Below are positions 28,910 through 38,174 of a stretch of 64,000 nt of DNA, one piece after another. Below the pieces are notes generated by a model, which was given only the letters and a program-made list of their open reading frames with translations, had not been told where the DNA came from and made no database searches. The position numbers and the translations under genes were made by a program. Every line of letters starts with the position of its first letter. The first letter of the stretch is position 1. Source of the stretch: an uncultured Thermoplasmata archaeon (GTDB lineage: Archaea; Thermoplasmatota; Thermoplasmata; RBG-16-68-12); contig CAVYJM010000006.1 in assembly GCA_963768855.1 (NCBI GenBank), forward strand, positions 384,001 to 448,000. Reading direction: 5' to 3'.

Positions 28910-29440
28910 CTACGCTGCGGTCACGGAGAGGATGGACAGGTGGTAGGTCGAGCCGCTCGGGGGACAGCTCGACAGGGATGCGGTGACCGAATAGGGCGTC
29001 GAGCTCCCCACGGCCGCGTAGTAGCTGCCGCTCGTGACTTGGATATCGTTCAGGTAGAACCCGATCTCGGCGTTGGCGTTCAAGGATCCGGTGTTGACCA
29101 CGGTGAACAGGAAGGTCTCCGTCGGCGCTCCCGAAGTCGGACACCGGTGGCTCGCGGAGGTGTTCGTGACGTCAATGCTCGGCTGATTCCCGGACGGACC
29201 TGGGTTCGTCAGGAAGTCGAGCGCGCCCGAGAAGATCAGGATCGCCACGACGAACACGATCACGAAGACCGCGACGGCGGCCTTCGGAGGCCCCTTCCGG
29301 GGCTGAGGTTGCGATGAGGGCGGGGCGCCGGCGGGCGATGGCGTGAACGTCAGCCCTGTCTGGGCGCTGTAGGTTTGCTGATACGGCGAGGGCGGCAATG
29401 GGGACGCTGGCAGGGGCGACGGTCCACCGGAAGGCTGCAT
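28910..29440 (-). CDS. Membrane-anchored hypothetical protein (Pro-rich N-terminus, TM, Ig-like C-terminus)
   Basis: Pro/Ser-rich leader, AAVAVFVIVFVVAILIF helix and FTVVNTG beta-sandwich-like segment. Confidence 0.65.
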   Translation of the reverse strand: MQPSGGPSPLPASPLPPSPYQQTYSAQTGLTFTPSPAGAPPSSQPQPRKGPPKAAVAVFVIVFVVAILIFSGALDFLTNPGPSGNQPSIDVTNTSASHRCPTSGAPTETFLFTVVNTGSLNANAEIGFYLNDIQVTSGSYYAAVGSSTPYSVTASLSSCPPSGSTYHLSILSVTAA

Positions 29441-29675
29441 GATCTCCCTCAGACTCGTGATCTGGGTGTCTGGGATAGTCTGCTTCGTGCATGTCCTTCA
29501 ATGTATCTCCACGAGTTCACCGTTTGAGAGATTCGACTGTCATTGCGAGTCACGGGGTTCGACGCGCGTCGTCCACCATTCTATGCGTTGAACGCGGTGC
29601 CGGCGATATCGCATTCTCGTCTGCGACCCGCCCTTTCCGCATAGACTTATCCGCCGCAGGCCTTACTCCCGGTTC

Positions 29676-30861
29676 GTGAGTTCCAAGACCAAGGTCGTCA
29701 TCGCCGGCGCGGCCCGCACGCCGATCGGCAAATTCAGGGGTGCCTTCTCCGAGGTGCCCGCCCCGCGCCTCGGTGCCGTCGCGGTGAAGGAGGCCATTCG
29801 AAGGGCGAGGATCGAGCCGAAGGACGTCAGCGAGTTGTTCTTTGGGTGCGTGATTCAGGCGGGACTGTATCAGAACTGCGCGCGGCAGGTCGTCATCTTC
29901 TCGGGGATCCCGGAGAGCGTGAGCGGGACGACCCTCAACATGGTCTGCGGGAGCGGGATGCAGGCCATCGCCCAGGGCGTCCGTGCGATCCAAGATGACC
30001 CTGAGGCGATCGTGGTGGCCGGAGGAACGGAGAACATGACCCGGGCCCCCTACCTGCTGCCTCGCGGACGCCAGGGATTCAACCTCGGGCACGCGGAGGT
30101 CCTCGACTCAATGATCACGGACGGCCTCTGGGACGTCTACAACGACTTCCACATGGCCATGGGCGGGGAGATCATGGCCGAGCGGCTGAAGCTGAGTCGG
30201 GAGATGTGCGACGAGTACGCCCTGCGCTCCCAGACTTTCGCGCTCAAGGCCACGGAGTCCGGTCGGTTCGCGAAGGAGATTGTGCCCGTGGGGGTGGAGA
30301 TCCGCGGGAAGAAGGTCCTCGTTGAGCGCGACGAGGGGATTCGACCGGACACGACGCTCGCGGCCCTTGCGCGGCTCCCGCCCGTGTTCAAGGAGAACGG
30401 CGTGCTCACCGCGGGCAACTGCTCCCAGATTTCCGACGGCGCGAGCGCAACAGTCTTGATGAGCGAGCAGAAGGCGCGGGACCTCGGCGTCGAACCCCTC
30501 GGGACGATCGGGGACTTCTGCTCCCAGGCCGTGAAGCCGGAGGACGTAATGTTCGCGCCAATCCCCTGCGTGCGGAAGCTGATGAAGCGGACGGGTCTCC
30601 GGATCGGCGACTTCGACCTGGTCGAGCACAACGAGGCGTTCTCCTCGGCGAGCGTCGGGGTGAGGAAGGAGCTCGACATCCCGTGGGACGTGTTCAACCT
30701 CTGCGGGGGCGCGGTCGCCCTCGGGCACCCCATCGGATGCTCGGGCAACCGCATCGTGGTCACGCTCCTGTCACTCGATGAAGGAGAAGGACGCCCACCG
30801 CGGGCTCGCGACCCTCTGCATCGGAGGCGGGGACGCGATGGCGATGGTGCTCGAGCGCTAG
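29676..30861 (+). CDS. Acetyl-CoA C-acyltransferase (thiolase); +1 frameshift near 30777
   Basis: AARTPIGKF, NMVCGSG, NEAF and GHPIGCSG. The C-terminal LATLCIGGGDAMAMVLER lies in the next frame. Confidence 0.92.
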
Positions 30862-31097
30862 GGACCCGTGGGGCCGCGCGCGAGGACGAATCCAAGGAGC
30901 GGCTCCTAGACCAAGATGCGGCGCGTGACGCGGAACCGCGAGGGCCCCGTTGCCACATCCACGGAGCCGCTCGGGCGTCCGTCAATCTTCGCGTCTGCGA
31001 TGTACCAGCCGGATAGCACGGCCGGCCGCGTGCCGGGTCGAGGTCGTGATAGGACTCATCGAGGTCCTCTCTCTCGGTCATCACGGCCGTTTCAGCG

Positions 31098-31443
31098 TTA
31101 TCTCGGCACTCGCTTGCGGGTCAGGCGGTGCTGCCGTGCGAGCGTCTTCGTGTTGATCTTCCGGAAGATGTCGATCACGTCGTAGATCTCGGGCTGGGCG
31201 ACACGGTAGTAGACCGTGGTCCCTGCCTGTCGGCGTTCAAGCACGCCGGTCTCCCAGAGGAACTTCAGATGGATGGAAAGGTTCGGCTGGCTCACGTGGG
31301 TCAGGGAGACCAGCTCCTTCACGGATCTTCTCGCCTTTCCGCAGCAGGTCCAGGACTCTCAGGCGGACGGGACTCGAAAGGGACTTGCACACCTGTGCGT
31401 GAAGCTCGTAGGCTGCGTCGTTCACGGCTCGGGAATCGTTCAT
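31098..31443 (-). CDS. ArsR/SmtB family regulator; +1 frameshift near 31327
   Basis: KSLSSPVRLRVLDLL in one frame and SQPNLSIHLKFL...GTTVYYRV in the next. Confidence 0.85.
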
Positions 31444-31477
31444 TTGATCAATTTAAATATTTGGATGAGACCAAAGA

Positions 31478-31507
31478 ACATTCGGAATATGCTTCGCAGT
31501 CGAATGT
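31478..31507. promoter_or_regulatory. Inverted repeat ACATTCG-N16-CGAATGT in the divergent arsR/dsrE promoter
   Basis: Perfect 7-bp inverted repeat in an AT-rich intergenic region that also contains ATTTAAAT. Confidence 0.5.
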
Positions 31508-31556
31508 ATAGACGACCCTTATCACCCACCTGGTTCGTGCATTCCACGGTGAGATC

Positions 31557-31974
31557 GTGGCTCGAAAGCTGTCGATCGTCGTGTACTCCGGAACTGTGGA
31601 CAAACTGATGCCTGTGGCGATCATGACCGCAGGTGCCGTCGCGATGGACATGGAAGTGAACCTCTTCGTGACGTTCTACGGAATATATTCCTTCCGGAAG
31701 GACCAAGTCCAGAAGAACATGCGATTCAGCAAGGACTTCGAGGACATGGCGCCCTCGATGATGAAGACCATGGAGGAGATGCACGTCCCCTCCTGGTACG
31801 ACATGCTCAAGGAAGCCAAGGCCTCGGGCAAGGTTCGGATTGTGGCCTGTTCGACGAGCGGGCGGGGTCATGCACGTCAAGAAAGAGGACCTGGTCGGCA
31901 TCGTCGACGAGGTCGTCGGCGTCGGCACCTACCTCGATGCTGCGGCGGGATCCGACATCACCCTCTTCATCTGA
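31557..31974 (+). CDS. DsrE/DsrF-like sulfur carrier; +1 frameshift near 31863
   Basis: KLSIVVYSGTVDK, VNLFVTFYG and IVACSTS, then VGVGTYL...DITLFI in the next frame. Confidence 0.85.
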
Positions 31975-31988
31975 GGGAGGCGGAAGAC

Positions 31989-32237
31989 ATGGCGCAACTC
32001 GAGACGGTCAAGGCCGACAAGGTCGTGGACGCGAGGGGGACCTCGTGTCCCGGCCCGATCCTGGAACTGAAGAAGGGCATCACGACGGTTCCGGTGGACG
32101 GGATCCTGGAACTCCTGTCCTCCGACGAAGGGACGAAGGCCGATGCCCCGGTCTGGTGCTCCAAGGTGGGGCACGAGTTCCTCGGCGTGATCATGGAATC
32201 CGGGTACTACCGCATCCTCATCCGGAGGAAAAAGTGA
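31989..32237 (+). CDS. tusA: TusA-family sulfurtransferase
   Basis: VDARGTSCPGP motif and D...W...GHEFL. Confidence 0.9.
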   Translation: MAQLETVKADKVVDARGTSCPGPILELKKGITTVPVDGILELLSSDEGTKADAPVWCSKVGHEFLGVIMESGYYRILIRRKK

Positions 32238-32268
32238 GCCGAGCCCGACTCCCCAGCAGGCATCTGGT

Positions 32269-32724
32269 ATGTTGGCGGCGCAGCGGCCGGTGGACGGCGG
32301 CCCGAGCGGTCCTTTCCGGCCCAAGATCCTGATCCTATCGACGTCCCTCATCTCGGATCCTGGGATCGACTTCACGGGGCTCAACCATCTGCACTATCCT
32401 GCCACCACGGCCGTCCTCCGCTTCCCCTGCTCCTCGATGATCCGCCCCGAGTTCATCCTCGAGGCGTTCGAGGAGGGCTTCGACGGGGTGTTCGTGGCCG
32501 CGGACGGGACGGACTGCCCCTACCTTCCGGACTGCGTCAGCCGCACCGCGCAACGGGTGCAGGAGGCGTACGCGCTCCTGCAGGCGCACGGCATCGAGCG
32601 CGAGCGCCTCACGATGTCCGGGATCTGCTCCGTCTGCGGCGAGGCGTTCGTCCGCGGCGTCAAGCACCTCGGCGAGGTCGTCCAGGAGCTCGGCCCCGCT
32701 CCCCGGAGGCAGGAACATGGATGA
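32269..32724 (+). CDS. MvhD/FlpD-like iron-sulfur subunit
   Basis: FPCSSMIRPEFILEAFEEGFDGV...DCPY...GIERERL...CSVC. The N-terminal Cys cluster is missing. Start uncertain. Confidence 0.8.
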   Translation: MLAAQRPVDGGPSGPFRPKILILSTSLISDPGIDFTGLNHLHYPATTAVLRFPCSSMIRPEFILEAFEEGFDGVFVAADGTDCPYLPDCVSRTAQRVQEAYALLQAHGIERERLTMSGICSVCGEAFVRGVKHLGEVVQELGPAPRRQEHG

Positions 32725-34087
32725 GCCCAAGGTCCTGCCGCCCGCGGAGGACCTTCCCCCGGAGACGCACGACGTCCTCGTCGTCGGCGGTGGGATCGCG
32801 GGAATCGAGGCGTCCCTCGAGCTCGCGGACATGGGGTTCCACGTGCTCCTCGTGGAGAAGGAGCCGAGCATCGGCGGCAAGATGTTCCTCCTGAGCAAGG
32901 TCTTCCCCACGCTGGACTGCGCGAGCTGCATCTCGACGCCGAAGATGGCCGCGGCCGCCCACCATCCCAACATCACCCTCCTGACCTACGCGGAGGTCCA
33001 AGGGGTCGCCAAGCGCGGCGAGGGGGACTTCGAGGCCACGATCGTCGAGACGCCCTGCTACGTCGACGCGTCCCTGTGCACGAGCTGCGGGCAGTGCGCG
33101 GACGCCTGCCCCGTCCTCGTACCGAAGGAGTTCGACTATGACCTGATCGGGCGGAAGGCCGCATACATCCCGTTCGACACGGCCGTTCCGAAGACCGCGG
33201 TGATCGACCTGGAGCACTGCATCCTCTGCGGCCAGTGCGAGCGGGCCTGCCCGGCCCATGCGATCAACTTCCTCCAGGTGCCGCGGGTGCATCACGTGCG
33301 GGCCTCGGGCGTCGTCCTGGCCACGGGCTTCCGGCTCTTCCCCGCGGAGCGGAAGAAGGAGTACCGCTTCGGGGAGAACCCCAACGTGGTCACCGCGATG
33401 CAGATGGAGCGGCTCCTCGGGCCGACGCGGCCGTACCACTCCGTCGTCCGTCCCTCGGACGGCAAGGAGCCCGGGAACATCGCGTACGTCCTGTGTACGG
33501 GCTCGAGGGACCATACGGTCGGCAACCCGCAGTGCTCCCGGGTATGCTGCATGTTCTCCATCAAGCAGGCCCAGCTGATCCTGGGCGCCCTGCCCATGGC
33601 GGACGTCACGATCTACTACATGGACATCCGCGCGTACGGCAAGGGCTTCGAGGAGTTCTACCAGCAGGCCCGAAGCATAGGCGTGAAGTTCGTCCGCGGG
33701 AAGGTCGCCAAAATCACGCCTGGAGAGAACGGTGACGTTACCCTCACCTACGAGTCCACGGACGCGGGCGGGGGCGTTCGCACTACGACCCACGACCTCG
33801 CGGTCCTCGCGGTCGGTCTCCTACCGAACCCCGAGGCGGGGCACATCCTGACGGGCGAGGAGCTGAAGCTCGGCGTGGGCGGCTGGGTCCAGTCCGCGGA
33901 CGAGAACCGCCACCCGACGCGCACGAGCGTCGGGGGTGTGTTCGTCGCGGGAACGGCCTCGGGCCCGAAGGACATCCCCGACTCGATCGTCGACGCCGCG
34001 GCCGCGGCCTCCGAATGCGCCGCCTATCTGATCCAGACGCGCCGGGAGAAGGCGCGCCCCGGGAGCGTGCTGACATGCCCCGCGTAG
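32717..34087 (+). CDS. hdrA: Heterodisulfide reductase subunit A-like flavoprotein (QmoA-like, with ferredoxin insert)
   Basis: VLVVGGGIAG, KVFPTLDCASC, two CxxCxxCxxxCP motifs and CSRVCC. Confidence 0.88.
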   Translation: MDEPKVLPPAEDLPPETHDVLVVGGGIAGIEASLELADMGFHVLLVEKEPSIGGKMFLLSKVFPTLDCASCISTPKMAAAAHHPNITLLTYAEVQGVAKRGEGDFEATIVETPCYVDASLCTSCGQCADACPVLVPKEFDYDLIGRKAAYIPFDTAVPKTAVIDLEHCILCGQCERACPAHAINFLQVPRVHHVRASGVVLATGFRLFPAERKKEYRFGENPNVVTAMQMERLLGPTRPYHSVVRPSDGKEPGNIAYVLCTGSRDHTVGNPQCSRVCCMFSIKQAQLILGALPMADVTIYYMDIRAYGKGFEEFYQQARSIGVKFVRGKVAKITPGENGDVTLTYESTDAGGGVRTTTHDLAVLAVGLLPNPEAGHILTGEELKLGVGGWVQSADENRHPTRTSVGGVFVAGTASGPKDIPDSIVDAAAAASECAAYLIQTRREKARPGSVLTCPA

Positions 34088-35826
34088 GCGTCTACGTCTG
34101 CCACTGCGGCGGCAACATCTCCGACACCGTGGACGTCCAGAAGGTCGTCGACGCGGTGAAAGCGGAGCCCGACGTCGTCTGGGCGCGGGACGTGACCTTC
34201 GCGTGCGCGGACTCCTCGCAGAAGGAGATGATCGAGGACGTGAAGGCCCAGAAGCTCGACCGCATCGTCGTCGCCTCCTGTTCCCCGAAACTCCACGAGC
34301 TCACCTTCCGCGGCGTCGTCCAGCGGGCCGGCCTGAACCCCTATCAGTACTACCACGCGAACATCCGTGAGCAGGCCTCCTGGGCCCACTCGGACGACCA
34401 CGAGGGCGCCACGGCGAAGGCCATCCGCCACGTTCGCGCGGCCGTGGCCTACGCCCGTCTGGCGGAGCCCCTGGCCCGCACGAAGGCCGAGTTCGTCCCC
34501 AAGGTCCTCGTCATCGGAGGCGGGGTCGCAGGGCTGAAAGCCGCCATCGACCTCTCCTCCATGGGAGTCGGCGTCGTCCTGCTCGACAAGTCGCCTGCAC
34601 TCGGCGGGAGGACCGCGGACCTGCCGGAGGTCTACCCCTATGGGCGCTCCGGCGGAGAGGTGGTCCAAGGCCTCCTGGGCGAGCTCCGCCGGAACGACGG
34701 GGTCACGACGTTCACGAACGCGACCCTCGAACGGGTCACGGGCCACGTGGGCAACTTCGAGGCCACGTTCGTCGTGAACCCGGCCGACCCGGCCTCACAC
34801 GATGCGCGCCCCGCCCAGATCACGGTGACCGTCGGGGCCATCCTCGTCGCCACCGGCGCGGACACCTACGTCCCGAAGGCGGGCGAGTACGGCTACGGCC
34901 GACTCCCGAACGTCGTCACGCTTCCCGAGTTCCTCCGGCTCAAGGTACGGAGCGGACCGGGAGCCCTCATGATCCACGGGAAGCCGGTCCGGCGCCTCGC
35001 GTTCATCTACTGCGTGGGGAGCCGCCAGGTCCCGGCCGACGGCGGGCCGGTGAACGAGTACTGCTCCCGCTACTGCTGCAACGCGACGGTCTCCTCGACC
35101 CTCGCCCTGCTCCAGGACCATCCGGACCTCGCGGTCTACCACCTGTACCGGGACATGAGGACGTACGGCAAGAACGAGCTCATGTACGAGGACGCGAGCC
35201 GCAAGGGCGTCGTGTTCATCCGGTTCGACGGGGAGGAGCCCCCGAGCGTCGCCGAGGGGGGCGGGGGCCTCGTGGTCTCCGTGAAGGACCAACTCATCGA
35301 CGGCGAGCTCGTCGAGATCCCCGTGGACCTGGTCGTGCTCGTCACGAGCCTCGTGCCGCGAGCGAACAAGGACCTCGAGGGGATCCTCAAACTGCCCCTG
35401 GGCAAGGACGGCTTCTACCAGGAAGTCCACCCCAAGCTCCGTCCGGTCGAGACGAACATCTCCGGTCTCTACATCGGCGGCACGGCCCAGGGACCTAAGG
35501 ACCTCGGGGAGGCCGTCGAGTCCGGCTCCGCGATGGCGGCGAAGGCCGCGGCGTTCGCCCTCCGGGGCGGGCTGGAGCTCGAGCCCTTTGTTGCGACCGT
35601 GGACGCGGGCCGATGCACCGTCTCGCAGACGTGCGTTTCCGCCTGTCCCTACGGGGCCATCGAGGTCCGCGAGACGGATGGCGTGCGCCGCACCTCCGTC
35701 GACGCGACCCGGTGCAAGGGCTGCGGGGCCTGCGTCGCGGTCTGTCCGACGGAGGCCATCCAGCTCAAGGGATTCTTGAACGACCAGATCCGATCCATGA
35801 TCGCCGCTCTCGGGAGGGGAACATGA
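34075..35826 (+). CDS. hdrA: Second HdrA-like flavoprotein (QmoB-like, no fused MvhD)
   Basis: RVGVYVCHCGGNI, VLVIGGGVAG, CSRYCC, EVHPKLRPV and a C-terminal ferredoxin domain. Confidence 0.88.
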   Translation: MPRVGVYVCHCGGNISDTVDVQKVVDAVKAEPDVVWARDVTFACADSSQKEMIEDVKAQKLDRIVVASCSPKLHELTFRGVVQRAGLNPYQYYHANIREQASWAHSDDHEGATAKAIRHVRAAVAYARLAEPLARTKAEFVPKVLVIGGGVAGLKAAIDLSSMGVGVVLLDKSPALGGRTADLPEVYPYGRSGGEVVQGLLGELRRNDGVTTFTNATLERVTGHVGNFEATFVVNPADPASHDARPAQITVTVGAILVATGADTYVPKAGEYGYGRLPNVVTLPEFLRLKVRSGPGALMIHGKPVRRLAFIYCVGSRQVPADGGPVNEYCSRYCCNATVSSTLALLQDHPDLAVYHLYRDMRTYGKNELMYEDASRKGVVFIRFDGEEPPSVAEGGGGLVVSVKDQLIDGELVEIPVDLVVLVTSLVPRANKDLEGILKLPLGKDGFYQEVHPKLRPVETNISGLYIGGTAQGPKDLGEAVESGSAMAAKAAAFALRGGLELEPFVATVDAGRCTVSQTCVSACPYGAIEVRETDGVRRTSVDATRCKGCGACVAVCPTEAIQLKGFLNDQIRSMIAALGRGT

Positions 35827-36116
35827 GCGCGCCTGCCGGTAACACGATGAAGGTCTACCGGGACCGGACCGGCGCGAAGCCCTCCGAGGCGCTCCGGGAG
35901 CTGCGGAAGCGCCAAGCGGTGGAGACCGGTAAGATCCTGGGTGTGCTGAAGGCGGGTCCACGGACCATTCCCGAGATCGCGAAGGAGACGGGCCTTCCGT
36001 CCCGCCTCGTCGTCTGGTACGTCATGACGTTCTGCCGGGACAAGACCCTCGGCGTCGTGGAGAAGACCGGGGACGGGTTCTACCGGTACGCGCTCGCGCC
36101 GAAGGGAGGTCGGTGA
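35823..36116 (+). CDS. Small winged-helix protein
   Basis: ILGVLKAGPRTIPEIAKETGLPSRLVVWYV pattern; coupled to both neighbours by 4-nt overlaps. Confidence 0.65.
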   Translation: MSAPAGNTMKVYRDRTGAKPSEALRELRKRQAVETGKILGVLKAGPRTIPEIAKETGLPSRLVVWYVMTFCRDKTLGVVEKTGDGFYRYALAPKGGR

Positions 36117-37264
36117 CGATGACGGCCACCGCCAATCCGGATCTCATGGCCACGATCCGCCGCTACGGGGCCTTCGACGTCTCGGCCTGTTTCAGCTGCG
36201 GCGTCTGCACCGCCAGCTGTCCGCTCTCAACGCCCTCCGCGAGCTTCCCGCGCAAGCTCATCCACTACGCCCAGCTCGGGCTGAAGGACAAGCTCGTCGG
36301 CCGACCGGATGTCTGGCTCTGCGAGTCCTGCGGCGAGTGCTCGGACACCTGCCCGCGGGACGCGAAACCCTCCGAGTTCATGATCGCCCTGCGGAAGTAC
36401 GAGATCTCGGAGCTCGGGGTCCCGGCGCTCTCCCGCCCGCTGCTGACCTCGCCCACCGTCGCCGGGTCGTTCCTGGTCGCGCTCTCCTTCGTCTTCCTCG
36501 GGATCCTGGCGTTCATCGAGCGCCCGCCGGACCTCACCTCCGTGGAGTTGTTCGGGTTCCTCCCGGAAGCGGGCGTCGAGATCATCGGCATCGCCGTCGG
36601 CGTGGTCGCCCTCGGGACAGCTTTCGTCGGGGTCCTGCGCCTGTGGCGCCGGATGGCCCGGGGCGCCCCACGTCCGAATCCGGGAACGGATACGGGGGCG
36701 GCTACGGACCCCGTTCCCTGGACGGGGACGATTGCTCCCACCTTGCGCGAGGTCCTCCTCCAGCGCCGGACGCAGAGCTGTGCCTCCGAGAAGGAACCGA
36801 CGACGTGGTGGACGAGCCGCTGGTTCGTCCACCTGGCGGTCTTCTGGGGATTCCTGGGTCTCCTCCTCGCGACGATCCTGCGGTTCGTCGCGGTGCCGAT
36901 TCACGGAGGTCTGGTCCCTCCCTGGGAGCCCGTGCGCCTCCTCGGGATCGTGAGCGGAGCGGCCCTCCTCTACGGCACCTCCCTCATGATCCTCCGCCGC
37001 ATCCGGAAGGCGGACCGGTACACGTCCCGGTCCACGTTCATGGACTGGGCGTTCGTCCTCCTGCTCTTCCTCGGCGGCCTCGGTGGCTTCCTCGTGGACA
37101 TAGCGCAGTACGCAGGCCTCCCGTTCTGGGCCTACGCCTTCATGCTGTTCCACCTGGTCGTCGTCTTCGATCTCCTGACCTTGATCCCGTTCACGAAGTT
37201 CGCCCATATCGTGTACCGGCCCCTGGCCCTCTGGTTGAGCCGAGTCTACGGATACACATCCTGA
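36113..37264 (+). CDS. QmoC-like protein: HdrC-type 2x[4Fe-4S] domain plus cytochrome b-like membrane domain
   Basis: CFSCGVCTASCP and CESCGECSDTCP, then TM helices with HLAVFWGF, FHL and TKFAH histidines. Confidence 0.85.
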   Translation: MTMTATANPDLMATIRRYGAFDVSACFSCGVCTASCPLSTPSASFPRKLIHYAQLGLKDKLVGRPDVWLCESCGECSDTCPRDAKPSEFMIALRKYEISELGVPALSRPLLTSPTVAGSFLVALSFVFLGILAFIERPPDLTSVELFGFLPEAGVEIIGIAVGVVALGTAFVGVLRLWRRMARGAPRPNPGTDTGAATDPVPWTGTIAPTLREVLLQRRTQSCASEKEPTTWWTSRWFVHLAVFWGFLGLLLATILRFVAVPIHGGLVPPWEPVRLLGIVSGAALLYGTSLMILRRIRKADRYTSRSTFMDWAFVLLLFLGGLGGFLVDIAQYAGLPFWAYAFMLFHLVVVFDLLTLIPFTKFAHIVYRPLALWLSRVYGYTS

Positions 37265-37503
37265 TGTGCGAGGTAGGGACAGGCGGGGGACGGTGAGGAC
37301 CTTCAGTCGCGAATCGCCCGACAGGCTAGGGTCCAGAACTCGCGAGCCGCTGGGCCCTCCAACGGCTCACCGCCGACAGATCCCGGTTCGTTTTTTGTCC
37401 CGGGAGCTGCTCCGCCTTCGCGTGCCGTGAATCCATCCATCTGCGGGGAAACCTCCCGGTCGTCTTGCCCACGGGAGCTGGATGCTCAACCGAAGATCGA
37501 CGT

Positions 37504-37812
37504 CTACGGAATCGGCGCCTGGGGCTGGCGCACCGGCATGCGGAAGCTGTCCGAGTCAAACTTCGTCATCGGCCGGACGTGGTCCAACGGGAAGGCTGGA
37601 ACCTCGGCGAAGACCTTCCGGACGGCCTCCTCGCTCTTGGCGTTCCACTCGCAGAAGATTCGGAGCGCCTTTCCCTCTTCGTTCGTCTCGGCCCATGCCC
37701 CTACCCAGTACGCGTCCAACGCCTCGTGCCGGAGCAACTCCTCGACGAGGGGCGTGATTTCCTCGGGAGTCGTCGGCTGCGGAAGCGTGTGGACGGCGAT
37801 GTATTTCGCCAG
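37504..37812 (-). CDS. DUF4242-like small protein, apparent CTG start
   Basis: (L)AKYIAVHTLP...IFCEWNAKSEEAVRKVF. GGGGAGAG upstream of the CTG. Confidence 0.55.
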   Translation of the reverse strand: MAKYIAVHTLPQPTTPEEITPLVEELLRHEALDAYWVGAWAETNEEGKALRIFCEWNAKSEEAVRKVFAEVPAFPLDHVRPMTKFDSDSFRMPVRQPQAPIP

Positions 37813-37938
37813 AACTCTCCCCCCTCGCCCCCCGCATCTCTCGCGGTTGGCATAATGATTCTCAGCGCTCGCTCATGAGCCCGCGACGACCGTTCCGCGC
37901 CCGTGGGCCGAATCGGGAACGAAATGGTGAGGGGCCGC

Positions 37939-38105
37939 TCAGTCCTCGATGGCGCGATAGGCCGACGCCCAGAACTCGCGGCACACGTCCGGTGGGCTCG
38001 GTGAGTTCCACATGCGCGAGGTCATCAGGATGGCGACCAGTCCCCCGTCCGGATCGTTGAACCAGGAGGTGCCCATGCCGCCCTCCCAGCCGCACCGGCC
38101 CGGTG
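37939..38105 (-). pseudogene. C-terminal remnant of a serine hydrolase (beta-lactamase class C-like)
   Basis: GRCGWEGGMGTSWFNDPDGGLVAILMT...AYRAIED with no corresponding N-terminus; cydB lies directly upstream. Confidence 0.6.
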
Positions 38106-38174
38106 TCGCGGCTCCTCGATGCCGGTCTTCCGCCGGAGGCTGCCCTCGCCGCGGCCAGGTCCGCCCCCCGTCCT

